In this document: piece after piece, positions 1 through 12,043 of the stretch
Numbering within the stretch: position 1 is the stretch's first letter
How the letters are laid out: every line of letters starts with the position of its first letter
NCBI GenBank assembly: GCA_021432655.1
Contig: MU271302.1
Coordinates: 7,303-71,302, forward strand
Reading direction: 5' to 3'
Length of the DNA stretch: 64,000 nt
Source of the DNA: Atractiella rhizophila
Lineage: Eukaryota
Translations under genes and position numbers: made by a program
The notes under the pieces: model-generated
What the model saw: the letters and a program-made list of their open reading frames with translations, nothing else
Databases searched by the model: none
What the model was told of the DNA's origin: nothing

Positions 1-800
1 GGGTAGGAAAGACAAGTGCGAAAGATTTCCAAACCGCATCCCTGTTCTACTCTGAGGTATAGGGGAAAAAAAGAATAAGAGGTTTACTGGGTAGGTACGC
101 TTATACAGTGGTACGGAGGTTGCTTCGCAACCGTTATGTAGGGTAGAAGTACCTGATACACTCCTCCGCTTGGAAGTGGTTGTACTGTACCAGTAAAGGA
201 TGCATGCGAAACCGAAAGGTCTAATTTTAAGCGCTTGACCCCCACTACTAACTTTCTCTTCTCTTCCCTAAGTTCCTCGGCTTATCCACCGCTACCCTCC
301 ATCTTCAGTCTTGGCCTAGCTCTTCTACTTCCTCCCCAGCTTCGAAATAGCCCCCGAACCATGCAGGACACAAAGACTTTAGTCTTCAAAGTGCTCTCGA
401 CTGCGAGCGAGACACGCATTTCGACCTTAGTGGTAAGGGGAGGAACTAGACAACGTTCTAGGGTCCGCGTTGGAGTGGTCCAACGTTTAGCTGTTCCACC
501 TCTGTCAAAACGGTGGCTCGTTTAACGACCTCCTTAACGTGAAGTCCGGAAAACCAGGTTTCCTCCTCGACCTCTAAAACTCATGGACTAATGAGCAGGG
601 AGAGAAATTGAATAAGCACATGAGACGAGTCAACAAAGAGTCAGGGGAGAGTAACGAACATACGTTTAGTTATTGACTAGAGAGTAGAGTTGGTTACGGT
701 CGATAGTGGTCGTCACCACTTAGATAGTCCGAAATCTGCCGTTAGCTTGTCACAATTGTTAGTGTTTATTTAAACGAAGGCTACCTCGTTATTGTTGTCA
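1..800. other. Apparently mirror-reversed (reversed but not complemented) segment containing the 3' exons of the Zn2Cys6 gene; probable artefact
   Basis: Hand count gives ~54 TpA vs ~27 ApT in nt 1-780, inverted relative to the adjacent DNA. The plain complement read left to right gives an acceptor at nt 40, a ~95-codon open frame (DKMRLHIPFF...), a GTACGT..GCTGAC..AAG intron and a further ~55-codon exon. Confidence 0.7.
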
Positions 801-808
801 CCACTAAC

Positions 809-3130
809 GCCTGTAGGATGGAATGAGCAGCAACCAACCAGTCCCTCTCCTCCACCTCTTCGTCCGTCAACTGACCAAATGACACGCAAAGCTCCGCGAA
901 CCGCCGACGTGGGAATGCTTCAAGCAACGCATGGGCAGTCTTATCGAGATGTATGAACGTGCGGCTTCATCACATGGAAAGATTAGAGTTTCCCAGCGAG
1001 ACGCAGAGCGAGTGGAAAAGCGAACCTCTGCCTTGCCCTTTGGAGCTGAACTGTCGACAACATGACCCACGGTCGTTCCCACCCTAAGGTCACCCACTGT
1101 GAACACGGACCCTTGTTTGCTTCAAACCGGCCAACGTACTACGCAAGAACTCGTCCACCCGACTGGAGAAGATCGACGTCTTGTAGAAGATTTGTATAGC
1201 ACCCAATCCTACAAAGGCATCTTTCGTTTCCCAAAACTCTTTGTTCTCCGGATTCAGGATTATGTTCTTTTCTAGCTCCAGGAAAGCGGAGGGAGAGGCA
1301 GAAGACGGCGGAAGAGGGGTGTGGATGTCGTCTATCGGTGCCAAGGCAACTACTTAACGTTCCGCATATATTTCCAGGATGAGAGACGAACCTGCTGATA
1401 TACAGCTCGGCCAATGTGGCACACCAGATATATGTCTCTCCATTGTGATCGTGAGCCAAAACATGTGCGATCTACCTCAACCCAACCAACCAAAAAGGGT
1501 GAGAAGAGGGGATGTATGCAATGAGCAGAAGAGGAAGGAAGTTGACGCCTACCGTTGAATGTATGCCTCCCTTTCTTCTTCTGGAGCGGTGGGAGGGGGA
1601 GGTCGGGCTCGATCCAGTCCAAGTAGTTGACTGTCTTCGTTAGCAGGCAATGGCGGTATGGTGGGAGAAACGCACCATAAGCGTACACAAAAGGCGACAA
1701 GTACTGCGACCACGTTCCAATTCTCATTAATCTACAGCCAGATATTGGGTGCGATAGCTTCAGCCTCAACTGCTTGTTCTGGATCACGCAGAAAAAAGAG
1801 AATTGAACGACAGACCTGATAATAAAATACTGTGATCAGGCAGGCCCTCAACACTTCCACGATTTCCTCTTCCCCCATCGCTGCTCTTTCCTCGATTCGA
1901 GGGAGGAACTCGGTCTTCAACTCCTTCGTGATGCTATCGATCAACTCTTGTCTCCTCCCCCTCCTGTCCATCCGCCTCTTCTGCTCGTCTTTCTCCTCTT
2001 TCCCATAAAAGTACGTCTCAAAGAACTTCTTATACATCTTTTTGCTGCATGCGTACGACAGAACACACGTTCCCTCCTCCGTTTCTGGTGTGAGCCGGAC
2101 GGAGCCGTAGTATGGGGAGAGGGAGTCGAAGGGGACGGACATGAGCCCGTGTAAGATGATGGCGCGGAGGAGTAGAGGGTGTCGGAACATGTGAGGGGAT
2201 ATAGAGCCGGAAGCGGTGAAGAACAGAAGTTTGAGAGGAGGGGATGCGAGGAAGGCATTGTAAATCAGGTAGGATAGGAGGTAAGGGGGACCAAGTGGGC
2301 TGTAGGCGGTGAGGGGAAGCAGGGGACTATGTGATCGTGAGTAAGTATTGACGATTGGGAGGGTAATGTGAGTGTCGGATACAGGAGGGTGGCAGCAAGA
2401 CGGTTGGGATGCACAGGGCGAAGCGGAGGATGAAGATGGGACGCTGCGAAGCGCTTGAAGGGCGGATTCGAGGCTTTCTGTTGACCAATGAAAATCGTTA
2501 GCAACGGTGGCAAAGAGCCTGGAGGCGAAAAAAAATGTCTTTGGACTCATGATTCTCCTTCCATGTGTTTTCTGGCTCAAAATAATCAAAGAGCAGCGTA
2601 ACAAGCAAGCCGACTTTTTCTCGGCAGCAGGCAGAAGGTATACTTCGTTCCTTTGTTTGAAGAAGGATAGAAGCATTGTGAGTGCAGAAAACATAGAGCA
2701 TGGCCCCATCTTGCTAATGGAGAGCAAAGAAAGACTTCTGATCGCTCTTGCGCAGAACATTTGTAAATTTTTTCTCTCTTTAGCCTTCTACAGGGAAGAG
2801 ATCATTTTGAGTTTGGGAGTGAAGAGAAGGACAACGGATGATGCAAAAGGACTCACTAACTCTCTCCTCCAGCACCTCCAACGTCTCCTCCTCCTCCTCC
2901 TCCTCACCCCTCTCCGAGTCCATCACCCTCACCACCCTCTTCGCCTTCGTGGTACCAAAGTAGCCTGGCCGCCTCCCCCTCCCTTCCTCATACACACACT
3001 CCACCCCATACTTCACACACGCATCGCATGGCGCCGTCCCACTACATCGGACCTTCTTCTGCCTGCACGGCGCACACGAATGGTTGGGCGACAGGTGCTT
3101 GCGTTTCGAAGTAGCTGTCTCGGATGCCAT
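809..3130 (-). CDS. Zn(II)2Cys6 fungal transcription factor, multi-exon; 3' end continues into the mirrored segment
   Basis: ATG at 3130 gives MASETATSKRKHLSPNHSCAPCRQKKVRCSGTAPCDACVKYGVECVY (C-x2-C-x6-C-x5-C-x2-C-x6-C). Protein-like minus-strand exons follow (ORFs 1732-2760 and 1090-1344, and an exon at ~809-965). Exact internal exon structure is unresolved. Confidence 0.85.
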
Positions 3131-3627
3131 CCTCAGACTGTGTGCCGCCACTCCGTCTCGTCGTCAACGTTTCAAGAGGAGACTTTCAAAGTTCAAGCTG
3201 ACTTAGTGAATCTTCAACGTCAACCGCGGAAGGGAAGACTCCACAGGGATGAATAAGAGGTGGTTTATGTGGAACCACGGAGAGCGGCCGCCAAAGGCCT
3301 TTGACATCTGGCGCCGGCCTTCGTTCAACCAGTCGTGGCAGACTACAACTCACACACTGTCTGGTTGCGGAACACTTGCACCAGGTCCGGCGTCAGCGGG
3401 ATCAGGATAGAAAGTGGTTCACCACGGCTAATTAGCTAAGCAGAGTCCTGAAGAGTTCAATCGGTGAGGTCACTGCACTCTGGGACCCTGATGGTGGGAA
3501 GGGGATTGAGACGATATCTATATATGCTACATAGGCAGGAGCGTGCTTGAGTCTGAGTGGTGTCTACTGTGCTACTTTCTATCCGCCTTCCCCTTCTCCT
3601 TCTCTACCTCCGGTCAAGTGCTCTGCC

Positions 3628-6600
3628 TCACAATCCATAAACAAACCTTGCATTCTCCTCCCCAACACGCAAGACCTCCGCCGTGGTCCATCTCTTTCTC
3701 TCACTTCCTCCTTTCTCCGCAATGGTCTCGTTGAACTTGTTCGCGACGAATTCAGCCGTCCAAGGTATCATGCTGCTCAAGCTGAACCACAACCGGGGTA
3801 TCGTGTGTTTCTTCCCGTTCTCATCCGTCACAACGTCCTTGGCTCCCACTTGGAGCGAGTTGGGGAGCATGTAGGGTCTGTTTCCAAACCGTCGTTAGCT
3901 CTCATTCCTCAGACCCTTAACGGGTTGGCGAAACGCCTAAGTGGATGAGGGAAAAGGACTACATACGAGTCTGTCTCGAGCAAGAACCGTGGATGGTCCG
4001 GATCCCTCCGGACAAGATGGGCGAGAACGGCAGGTGTGTTCACGTTCGAAGGGTAGGTAGTTACTCCAGTGATGCCTATCGAAGCGAAGATGTCATCATG
4101 TGAAATAGAAAGGTGAAAGAGGACGAACCAATGTATAGGTTAGGGAAGAAGTCTAGGAGGTTCTTGGCTAGTTCAACGGTGTCGGAGAAACAGTGGATGT
4201 GTATCTACCTCGTCATCCCCAAACGATCAGCCATCTGGTCAACATCGTCTGGAACGAAATTAGGCTGCCACGCCTTGAACGAGCATGTCGTCCTTCCCTT
4301 CTGGAAGAATGACCAAGTTTCTTTCCTTGCCACGTCTTTCTTATGGCACATGCACGCACTCATGATTTAACGAGAATAAGGAGGTGTCAAAGTCAATGAG
4401 TCAAGCGGAGATCACAGCTGCGTCGCTGCCCACGACTGGAAATGATCCCCCGGTTCCTCCCTGATCCGAAATTGCTTGTATCCTGCGACACTCATGCTCT
4501 TTAACCGCAAAAATAGCGTCGGATCAAATAACCAAGAGCATTCTTTGAGTCTGACTAAAAAAGCACAGCAGTTATCGAGTACTGAGTATGATCAGCTTCC
4601 AGATCCCTGTCAGAAGGAACACAAACCACGAGCAAGGGGTTATTAATCTACAAACGGGATACATCGTAAGGGGTGCCTGAAAAGCTATCCCTTAAAAGGA
4701 GGATATACCGTGAGCATAATAAGGTGAGTCCCTTCTTGCCGGCGACAGGCTTACAGCATGTCCATCACTGCCAAACCAGAAGTAAAATGAAAGTCTTTCG
4801 CAAAACCAAGATATCTTGCCAGGGGTTGAGAGGGACTCGCTTGCTCATAGCTCCGTTGAGAGCTCGCCTTGCTCTCAAGAATCCGAAGCAATGACCTCTC
4901 CAGACACAAAACGCATAACATTCTAACGAGCTTCACCACCCCAACAAACATCCCTCCCACATTCGCCATCGATTGAAAGGAGGTGCATGCGACGGTCTCC
5001 AGGACAGAGCAGAACAGGTCCACAGAGGAAGAACCATAGTCAAAGTCTCACGCTCGTTCTTATAGTCCTTCCTCGACCAATCCAGCAAGCCGTGCTTCCA
5101 TTCTGGAGGTACGCTATCAACAAGACCGCGACAGAACACAATTATGTAACCAATGAAAGTCAGATGCGCGTGGTAAATGGGGGGAGAGAACGCCCAGATA
5201 ATATTGTGCGTCAGGCTTCTCCCTCCATCTGCACATGCACATGTGGGAAGTGCGCGAAAAACGCCACGATCAGTCCATCAGAGGACCTCTCTCTCCGGTC
5301 ACCCCGACTTGGTCGAGACGAGACCGTCCGCATTACACTGGCATCATCACCGACGCATCTTTAATAGGTGTCCGTGTAGGAAGCAGGGTGTTGCAGGGAG
5401 ACTAAGCAAAGGGGTAACAAGCCTCTCCCTCGTCTTTTGCGAGGATAGTACATTTCCCCCTTCTATAGAACGATAGGCCAAGCGTTTGGCGAGATAGAGG
5501 TTAGGCATGCCCTTATGCTTGCGCTCCTGCGTAATAGCACAACATCTTCATTGGGACTGTATGGCTGGTAACGATGAAGAGAAGATGCGAGGAGGAGAAC
5601 TCAGCATCCTCTCTTCACAGTCCAACCTCCTCAAAGGCGAGAGAAGACATTCAAAACAAGTTCCACCACAAACCCCACCACATAAAGCAAAAGACGCAAC
5701 TCACCCGCCTCTCCCTATCCTCCCCCAACTCCTCCCTCAAAATCCTCCAAACATCCACATCCGCCTCCCTCGTATGCACCGTCAGTGCCTTCCCCCTCAC
5801 CCCCCCCCCTCCCCCTCCGCCTCCCTCAAAACGCGGAGCTGCCTCCTCAACACCTCCCTCTGCACCTCTCTCGGCGAATTATCATAATGATAATCCAAAC
5901 CTATCTCGCCCAACGACACGCACTGGGGGTGCGCGAGGTGCTTCACTATCTCGTTGTGGATATTGTCGGTGTAGAGCGACGCCTCGTGCGGGTGCACACC
6001 GATCGTGTACCGGTATGCGACGCCGCCGAGGGTCCCGGAGGGAAGGAGAAGCGAGGGGAGGTATTGGTATTCGGCGGGCTCGCACCAGACGTCGATGATG
6101 TGGGAGACGCCGGAGGGGCGTAGTAGGTCGCGAGGAGGGAGGAAGGGGTGTGGTCGTATTCTTTCTTTTTCTCCTCTTTCTCGTTAGTGGGAGAGAGGTG
6201 GTTGGTGGAGGTGGTGGTGGTGGTGAGAGAGGAGGCGGAGGAGGAGAGGGTAGAGAGGAGGTGCATGTGCGTATCTATTATTCGGGGTCGCCAGGGCTCC
6301 ACTTCCTCACCCATAAAGTCTGGCGCAGGGGTCGAATACACATCTCCCTCCGCATTCCCATTCGCATCTCCATTAGAGCTCCGAAGAAGAGAAAACGAGC
6401 TGATAGTATTCCCGCCACTCTTCGAAACCACAGAGACCGGAGGAGCCTCCGGATGAAAAGAAGGCAAAAGAGGATCCGAAGACTGATACGGATACCGGAG
6501 CAAAAAAGACTCCGGACTCCGCCTCAGCACCGTCTTCCTCTTCTTCCCCTGGCTCTGACCATTCTGATTCCGATTCCGATCCTGATTCTGGTTCTGATTC

Positions 6601-6827
6601 TGATGATGTTTCGGCTTGTGGTCCTTCCTCCCCGCCGGAGTAGACCGCCCAGAGGTGTGCCGGGATGCAGGCTGGGAGGAGGCGGCGGAGGCGGAGGTGG
6701 AGGTGGACGGAGTGAAGGAGGGTGCGGAGGGGTTGAGCATGTTGCGAAGGTGGTCGAGTGCGAGTGCGGTGGAGGCGTGGCGTTTGGCGACTGTGGAGCG
6801 GATGGAGGAGAGGGTGACTCGTTGCAT
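3628..6827 (-). CDS. TatD-family metal-dependent nuclease with a long low-complexity N-terminal extension; two homopolymer frameshifts as given
   Basis: TatD motifs in order: IIDTHMH, HIIDVWCE, GVHPHEA, GEIGLDYHY, VHTREAD, IHIHCFS, FLLETDSPY, ending ENARFVYGL* at 3628. Introns at 5704-4205 (GTGAGT..TAG), ~4131-4078 and ~3965-3878. Confidence 0.9.
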
Positions 6828-9062
6828 TGAATTGAGAAATGAAAGGCGGGAAGTGTCTCCGTGGTTTAGTTTCACTATGCGAGAACTATTTGTTGGACGA
6901 CGGAGTCGGAGTGTCATGAAAGAATTTAAATGCTTTCTTTCCAGAGTGCTTGCCTGGACGTAGGTGTATCACAGGAGGGAACACGTCTACATCGTGTGCT
7001 CTTCACTCCGAATATCTCTCCACTTCTGAAGTTCTGCGTTTGAGTCTGGTCTGTACCTCTAATATGCGCTTTACTCCTTGTTTCCGCTTCTCTTTAAGGA
7101 TAGCACTATTCATCTATACTTTTCGGAGCTTTTCCTTGCTCTCTCTGGGATGGAAGTAATTCATCACTCACTACACGATGCCCCAGTACCTCGTGTGGTT
7201 TCTTTGCCTCAGCCATTCCGTACCGCTGTTTACAGATATCAGCACGTCGCGCAAGTAACATCATCAACAACTCAAGAGATCTGTCTCTGTACGACTCACA
7301 GAGAAACAGAAGTCTAGAGCAGGTCTTGTTATGTAGGAGATGCCTTGTCGTTCAGATGAGAAAAGAACCAGGGATGATGACCTTCTGAGCCTTTCTATAG
7401 TTTATACATACTGTAATGTCGGGTTATAAGGCTCAGCAGGTTGGGTGATACTGTGACCAACGAATTGAAGAGGCTTTTTACTTGCCGCCGATAAATAAGA
7501 CGACGGAGTGGGGAGAGCATGGATTGAGCATGCACGCCATAACGTATGATATCGCTGTTAACCACAGCAATCGATATCGCTCTTTCATAACCCTTCGATA
7601 CCTTTGTTTGGATCCTTCACTTCTCAACAAACTCGCCATGCGTTAATTACGAAAAAAACAAGAGCTCGGTACACGATATGCCAAACTCCACTGATTTGTT
7701 AATGAATTAGTGAATGCGATGGAGAAGAAAGGTTTCATCAACGGAAATTCTCAGGCTCCTCAGAAGATCATTTATGGTCTACATCGCCAATAATGAGGGC
7801 CTTCATAGGTTTACCAGGCAGTGTGGTTCATACCTGTCTTGCACTGGCATTCGAGTCGCATCATCACATCTAACCCAATCAGCAGGAATTACATCTCAAA
7901 CTTGAAGTGTTCAGTTCCTTTACCACAGTCCATGAAGTGAAGCATGTGTGGTGTTTCACTTACATTGCAGTGGGACCGCATGATATCAAAGAACGCCTGC
8001 CGCCTCTTTCCTTATCCAAACATGCTTCTCTTACTCTCCCTCATCCTTGTAGTTACGAGTTCGTGTACAACACAGAAGCGGGACTTCCGTCCCACCGATT
8101 CCCTCCCCTACAGTCATGGTGAATTTTGCCAAGATGACGAGGAGAAGCATTGTATTCTTCAAAACCCGAATCTCCTCAACCCTTCCTCCCGTTCGTTTCA
8201 CGGTGTGTTTCATTCTATAGCTTGACGTTGATTTTGGACTCTCAATAAAGTCGGAAGTATATTCATAACCTGAGTCTTGACTGACTTGACTCTTGATGCC
8301 TGTTCTCCGCTAAAAGCGGCTGGGAGCCCATTACTTTCTTTTGAATAGCATTCCATGATTCATGCCGAGCATGCAGTTTGTGGTTCGTACTAGAACAGCA
8401 GGCAGAGTGCATTTCCTCCTCTCCTCAACTTTGAATTCGATGTCCAACGAAAAGCAGATTAGCACACAGCGCCGTTCCCTAGGCTGAGAAGATCAGGCAG
8501 TCCTTGAACATTTGAACGAACATCCCTTTGACACTTCTTACCGTTCTCGTGGCCATGGGGCTGATCAATGAGTAATGTTATTGCTCTCTTGTGAATGCTC
8601 ACTCCTAGTCGCTGTTGTTAGGATATTGGGTCACCATAGACCCCTACATACCGAAGGACTTTTTGCGGTCATACACACGTTTCACCATACCTAACGCACG
8701 CCAGATGCCACGCCAGACCTACAGCTCCTGGGTATTACTCGAGCTTCCGTCATCGTCTTCGGTCTCTAGCTTATTCATTCACCCGTGTCCATGACGATGA
8801 TAGTCCTGCAACATTCGCCGCTGCTCATTGCTCGCAACCCTGGATTCTCGGATCCTGCACCTTGCTTACTATTCAACCTCCTTGTGCCTATTCACTCTCG
8901 AGAAGGATGGAGATTTGGGAAAACTAGGTTTTATGGAGCGGAGAATACAACGTCATAAAAGGACTCAGAGACACATCATGTCAAGATTCATATCGCCAGT
9001 AAATCAGTCACTAAATCAATCTTCAGCCACGGCAGCTTCCCTTGTTCCGTAATATTCTAGAG

Positions 9063-10206
9063 ATGAAATTTTCTGTTCTTGCACTCTCTTTTATCCTCCC
9101 GCTCACTCTCTCAGCATCTGTTATCGGAGTTCCAGAAGCCCACAGAGGCCACAGAGGACATTGTGAGCATCCTCATTCGTCCCGTCCTTCCTTCTAATCC
9201 ATGGACTAGCTCATACCACGACCGTCGCCAGCGGCGCTGTCACCATTAAAACAGGCACCAAACCTGCCTCTGGATCGGTAATCTCGACGGCTACCGCGTC
9301 TGTTTGTACGCCCTCTCTTTTAATCTTAATTGTCCTTCTTTCTGATGAGTTCGTAAGCTGGGCCGGTACATGTCACGACCGCTACCGCCAGTGGTGCTGT
9401 GACAAGTCAGACAGGTACCAAGCAAGCCTCTGCATCCGTAATCTCGACCCGAACGGCATCTGTTTGTAAGCCCCCACCATGCTCTCATCTCCTTGTTTTC
9501 TAATCCATCCGTAAGCCGGACCCGTTCATGTCACGACGGTCACCGCCAGCGGTGCTGTGACAAGTCAGACAGGGACCAAACGAGCCTCAGGATCCGTGGT
9601 CTCGACTAGAATTGCGTCTGGTAGTGAGCACTCCCTATTATTCACTCTCGCTCTTTCTAACGCATCGACAAGCTGGACCCGTTCATGTCACGACCGCTAC
9701 CGCTAGTGGTGGTGTGACAAGTCAGACAGGGACCAAACGAGCCTCTGGATCTATAATATCGACCCGTACGGCGTCTATTTGTGCGCCTCTCATTGTTCTT
9801 AATCTCGTTATATTCTAATGCGTCGATAAGCTGGACCAGTTCATGTTACGACTGTCACTGCCAGCGGTGCTGTCACTACCAAAACAGGAACCAAACCGGT
9901 TTCTGGAACGGTGATTTCAAGTGGAAGCATCGTCTGTATGCTCTTCCCTCTTCCCTATCCTATCTCTGACCTTTGATCAAAGCTGGACCTGTTCGAGCTA
10001 CCACCTCTACACTTAAGAAGCTAACGACGACAAATACCGTGAGCCGATCTCATGCTATTCTGCCTAGTGCGGGCATAGTCAGTACGTCTTCTTCCATCTT
10101 ACGGTACTCCAGTACCGAAATTTCTGACGCTCTCTCAGCTCGTTCTGGATTCAAGTCCATCTTCGTTTCCGGTCCTGCTAGTGCAGCCCCAACTGCTCAA
10201 GTTTGA
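9063..10206 (+). CDS. Secreted Ser/Thr-rich protein with exon-encoded ~36-aa tandem repeats
   Basis: Signal peptide MKFSVLALSFILPLTLSASVIG. Five repeat exons (e.g. SGPVHVTTATASGAVTSQTGTKQASASVISTRTASV) are separated by ~50-nt phase-1 GT..AG introns. The last exon ends APTAQV* at 10206. Confidence 0.85.
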
Positions 10207-10618
10207 ATAAGAGGTGTTTATATGGATACTTAACTGCGCTACAGCTGATAAAGATTGACTTGTTTCGACATTCCTCGATTTCGGAATCTATATGCTCAAT
10301 GGACATACTACACTTTATTATCGTGAAACTCAGGCAATGCCTTCCCTTAGACGCGCTTTCAATATCAAATTCTAAAACTTTCCCAATACTCAAATCTTGC
10401 GCCAACCTTGCACGTGTTGGAGAAATGCGGTGTCACTACTGTAACTTAAATCACGGAGTGGTCTGCCTTCGGACAATTATTATTTTAGAGTTTGGCGCGG
10501 TTATCATTTTGCCTCCAACGAAGAACGAAGAAGAACAACTCCTCTACCATTAACGCCTCACCAGTTCCACTGCCAAAGCTACGCATTGTAGCGACAGTTT
10601 TCAGCGGATCATAATAAC

Positions 10619-11677
10619 ATGCCCCCGTCAACCTCTGAACTTGAAGTTCCTGCTCCTTCCATGATCAACCGAAGTTCTCTCCCCACCTCTATAGTATCTC
10701 AACTTGAAGATGAGTTGCTTCCGTGGCCTGCGCTGGTAGCATTCGATCTGGAGTAAGTCCAGCCTTTGGTCTTATTCCATGTTCAATAAAGCCGAGGTTG
10801 CAGTTATACGATCTGGCCTTTGTGGTCTGTCTCCTGCCCTCCATGTGTCCTCACGATTGCTCACACATTGAACCCTCACAACATCGGTAAACTAAAGGGT
10901 CGACACGCACGTGTATCCGCCAATCAAACGTCCATCCCCTACAACTCTCAATAAGGTGGTTGACAAAAGGGGCTACGACTTCTCGCTCTACCCAGACGTT
11001 CCTGCTATTCTCTCGTTCCTCCGGTCGCGGAAAATAACGGTTGCCGCGTGCAGTCGGACCTCAGCGCCTCCAGCGTGAGCCATCTGCTTCTTTGCTTGTG
11101 TCAAAATCTTAAGCGGGGTGTTTTCTCTGCCAATCCAGAGCAAGACAAGCATTGAGAGAGCTCCTCATCCCCGTTTCCTCTTTCGAAGAGGGAAAATCAG
11201 GTGAAGGAATGACGGAGAGCGCCATCAGCATGTTCGATCAGTTAGAGATATACCCAGGTGAGTAACTCTCCTCTTTCTATTCCTGAACTGTCTCATTGAT
11301 GTGACCGCGGGGACAAGGAAGCAAAAAGGCTCATTTCCGGGCATTGCATGAGAAGCGTGGCGTAAGCTATGACGATATGGTACATTGCATCCTTTGATAT
11401 TCTCCCTAAAAAACTGAATTTTCGTGATGTCGAATGCCCTAGCTGTTCTTCGACGATGAATACCGCAATTCAGAAGTGAGCAAGCTCGGCGTCACATTCT
11501 GCTTGGTTGATGAAGACATCGGTGAGTGCCCGCATCTCATCTTGCACGAAGATACATGCTAATTTCATTTTACTCTGTTCCGCTACGGCCTGCGTCACAG
11601 GCGTGGATTGGGCGACATTCGAGAAGGGTTTGGATCTTTGGAGGAAAAGTAGAGCAATGTATGGCGATGGACACTAA
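10619..11677 (+). CDS. MDP1: Magnesium-dependent phosphatase 1 (HAD superfamily IIIC)
   Basis: The spliced reading gives LVAFDLDYTIWPLWVDTH, LYPDVPAIL, AACSRTSAP, FDQLEIYPGSKKAHF, MLFFDDEYRN and LGVTFCLV, which are the MDP-1 motifs. Stop TAA at 11675-11677. Confidence 0.92.
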
Positions 11678-12043
11678 CTGGGAGTAAGGGAAGCGGCTGT
11701 CTGGTGTTAACGCCTCCGAATGTGCTGTGAACCGAAGGGACAGTAAACACCAGCCCATCATTTCCAAGAGTAAAGGTGGATAAAGTATCCAGAGTGGAAG
11801 TTCCGTAGCATTCAGTGTGCAGAGTGAATGAGGAAAAGTCATCATATTTCCAATGCAGGCAGGGGAAGCGTGATTGCCAAAGGTATTTATGACTGAGTTA
11901 ACAGAATTATTGTCCGCGGATGACGAGTGTAAATTGTCCATTTGGGTAGTGATTAGAAGCCATCGTCTCGTTGTGAGTTTCTACATCCAGCCGATCAGTG
12001 GCCAATTATCATGTATCCACGGCAACTCACCTTTCAATCCATG

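Noticed and set aside
235..525. 96-aa plus-strand ORF
   Set aside because: It lies in the apparently mirrored segment, has a TTG start and shows no motifs.
1..800. RIP as the cause of the high TpA/ApT ratio
   Set aside because: The region is not AT-rich and is not a repeat in this window. Simple reversal gives the same dinucleotide signature and also restores splice sites and reading frame.
2507..3256. 249-aa plus-strand ORF
   Set aside because: Antisense shadow of the Zn2Cys6 gene.
6150..6830. 226-aa Gly/Arg-rich plus-strand ORF
   Set aside because: Antisense shadow of the low-complexity TatD N-terminus.
7381..7440. 13-bp imperfect inverted repeat (CCTTCTGAGCCTT..AAGGCTCAGCAGG)
   Set aside because: Isolated, with no TSD or second copy; compatible with chance.
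7000..9000. Possible small gene between TatD and the secreted repeat protein
   Set aside because: Only short ORFs; I could not build a consistent spliced model.
9200..9990. CRISPR-like repeat/spacer periodicity
   Set aside because: The repeats are 108-nt coding exons and the spacers are GT-AG introns; eukaryotic context with no cas genes.
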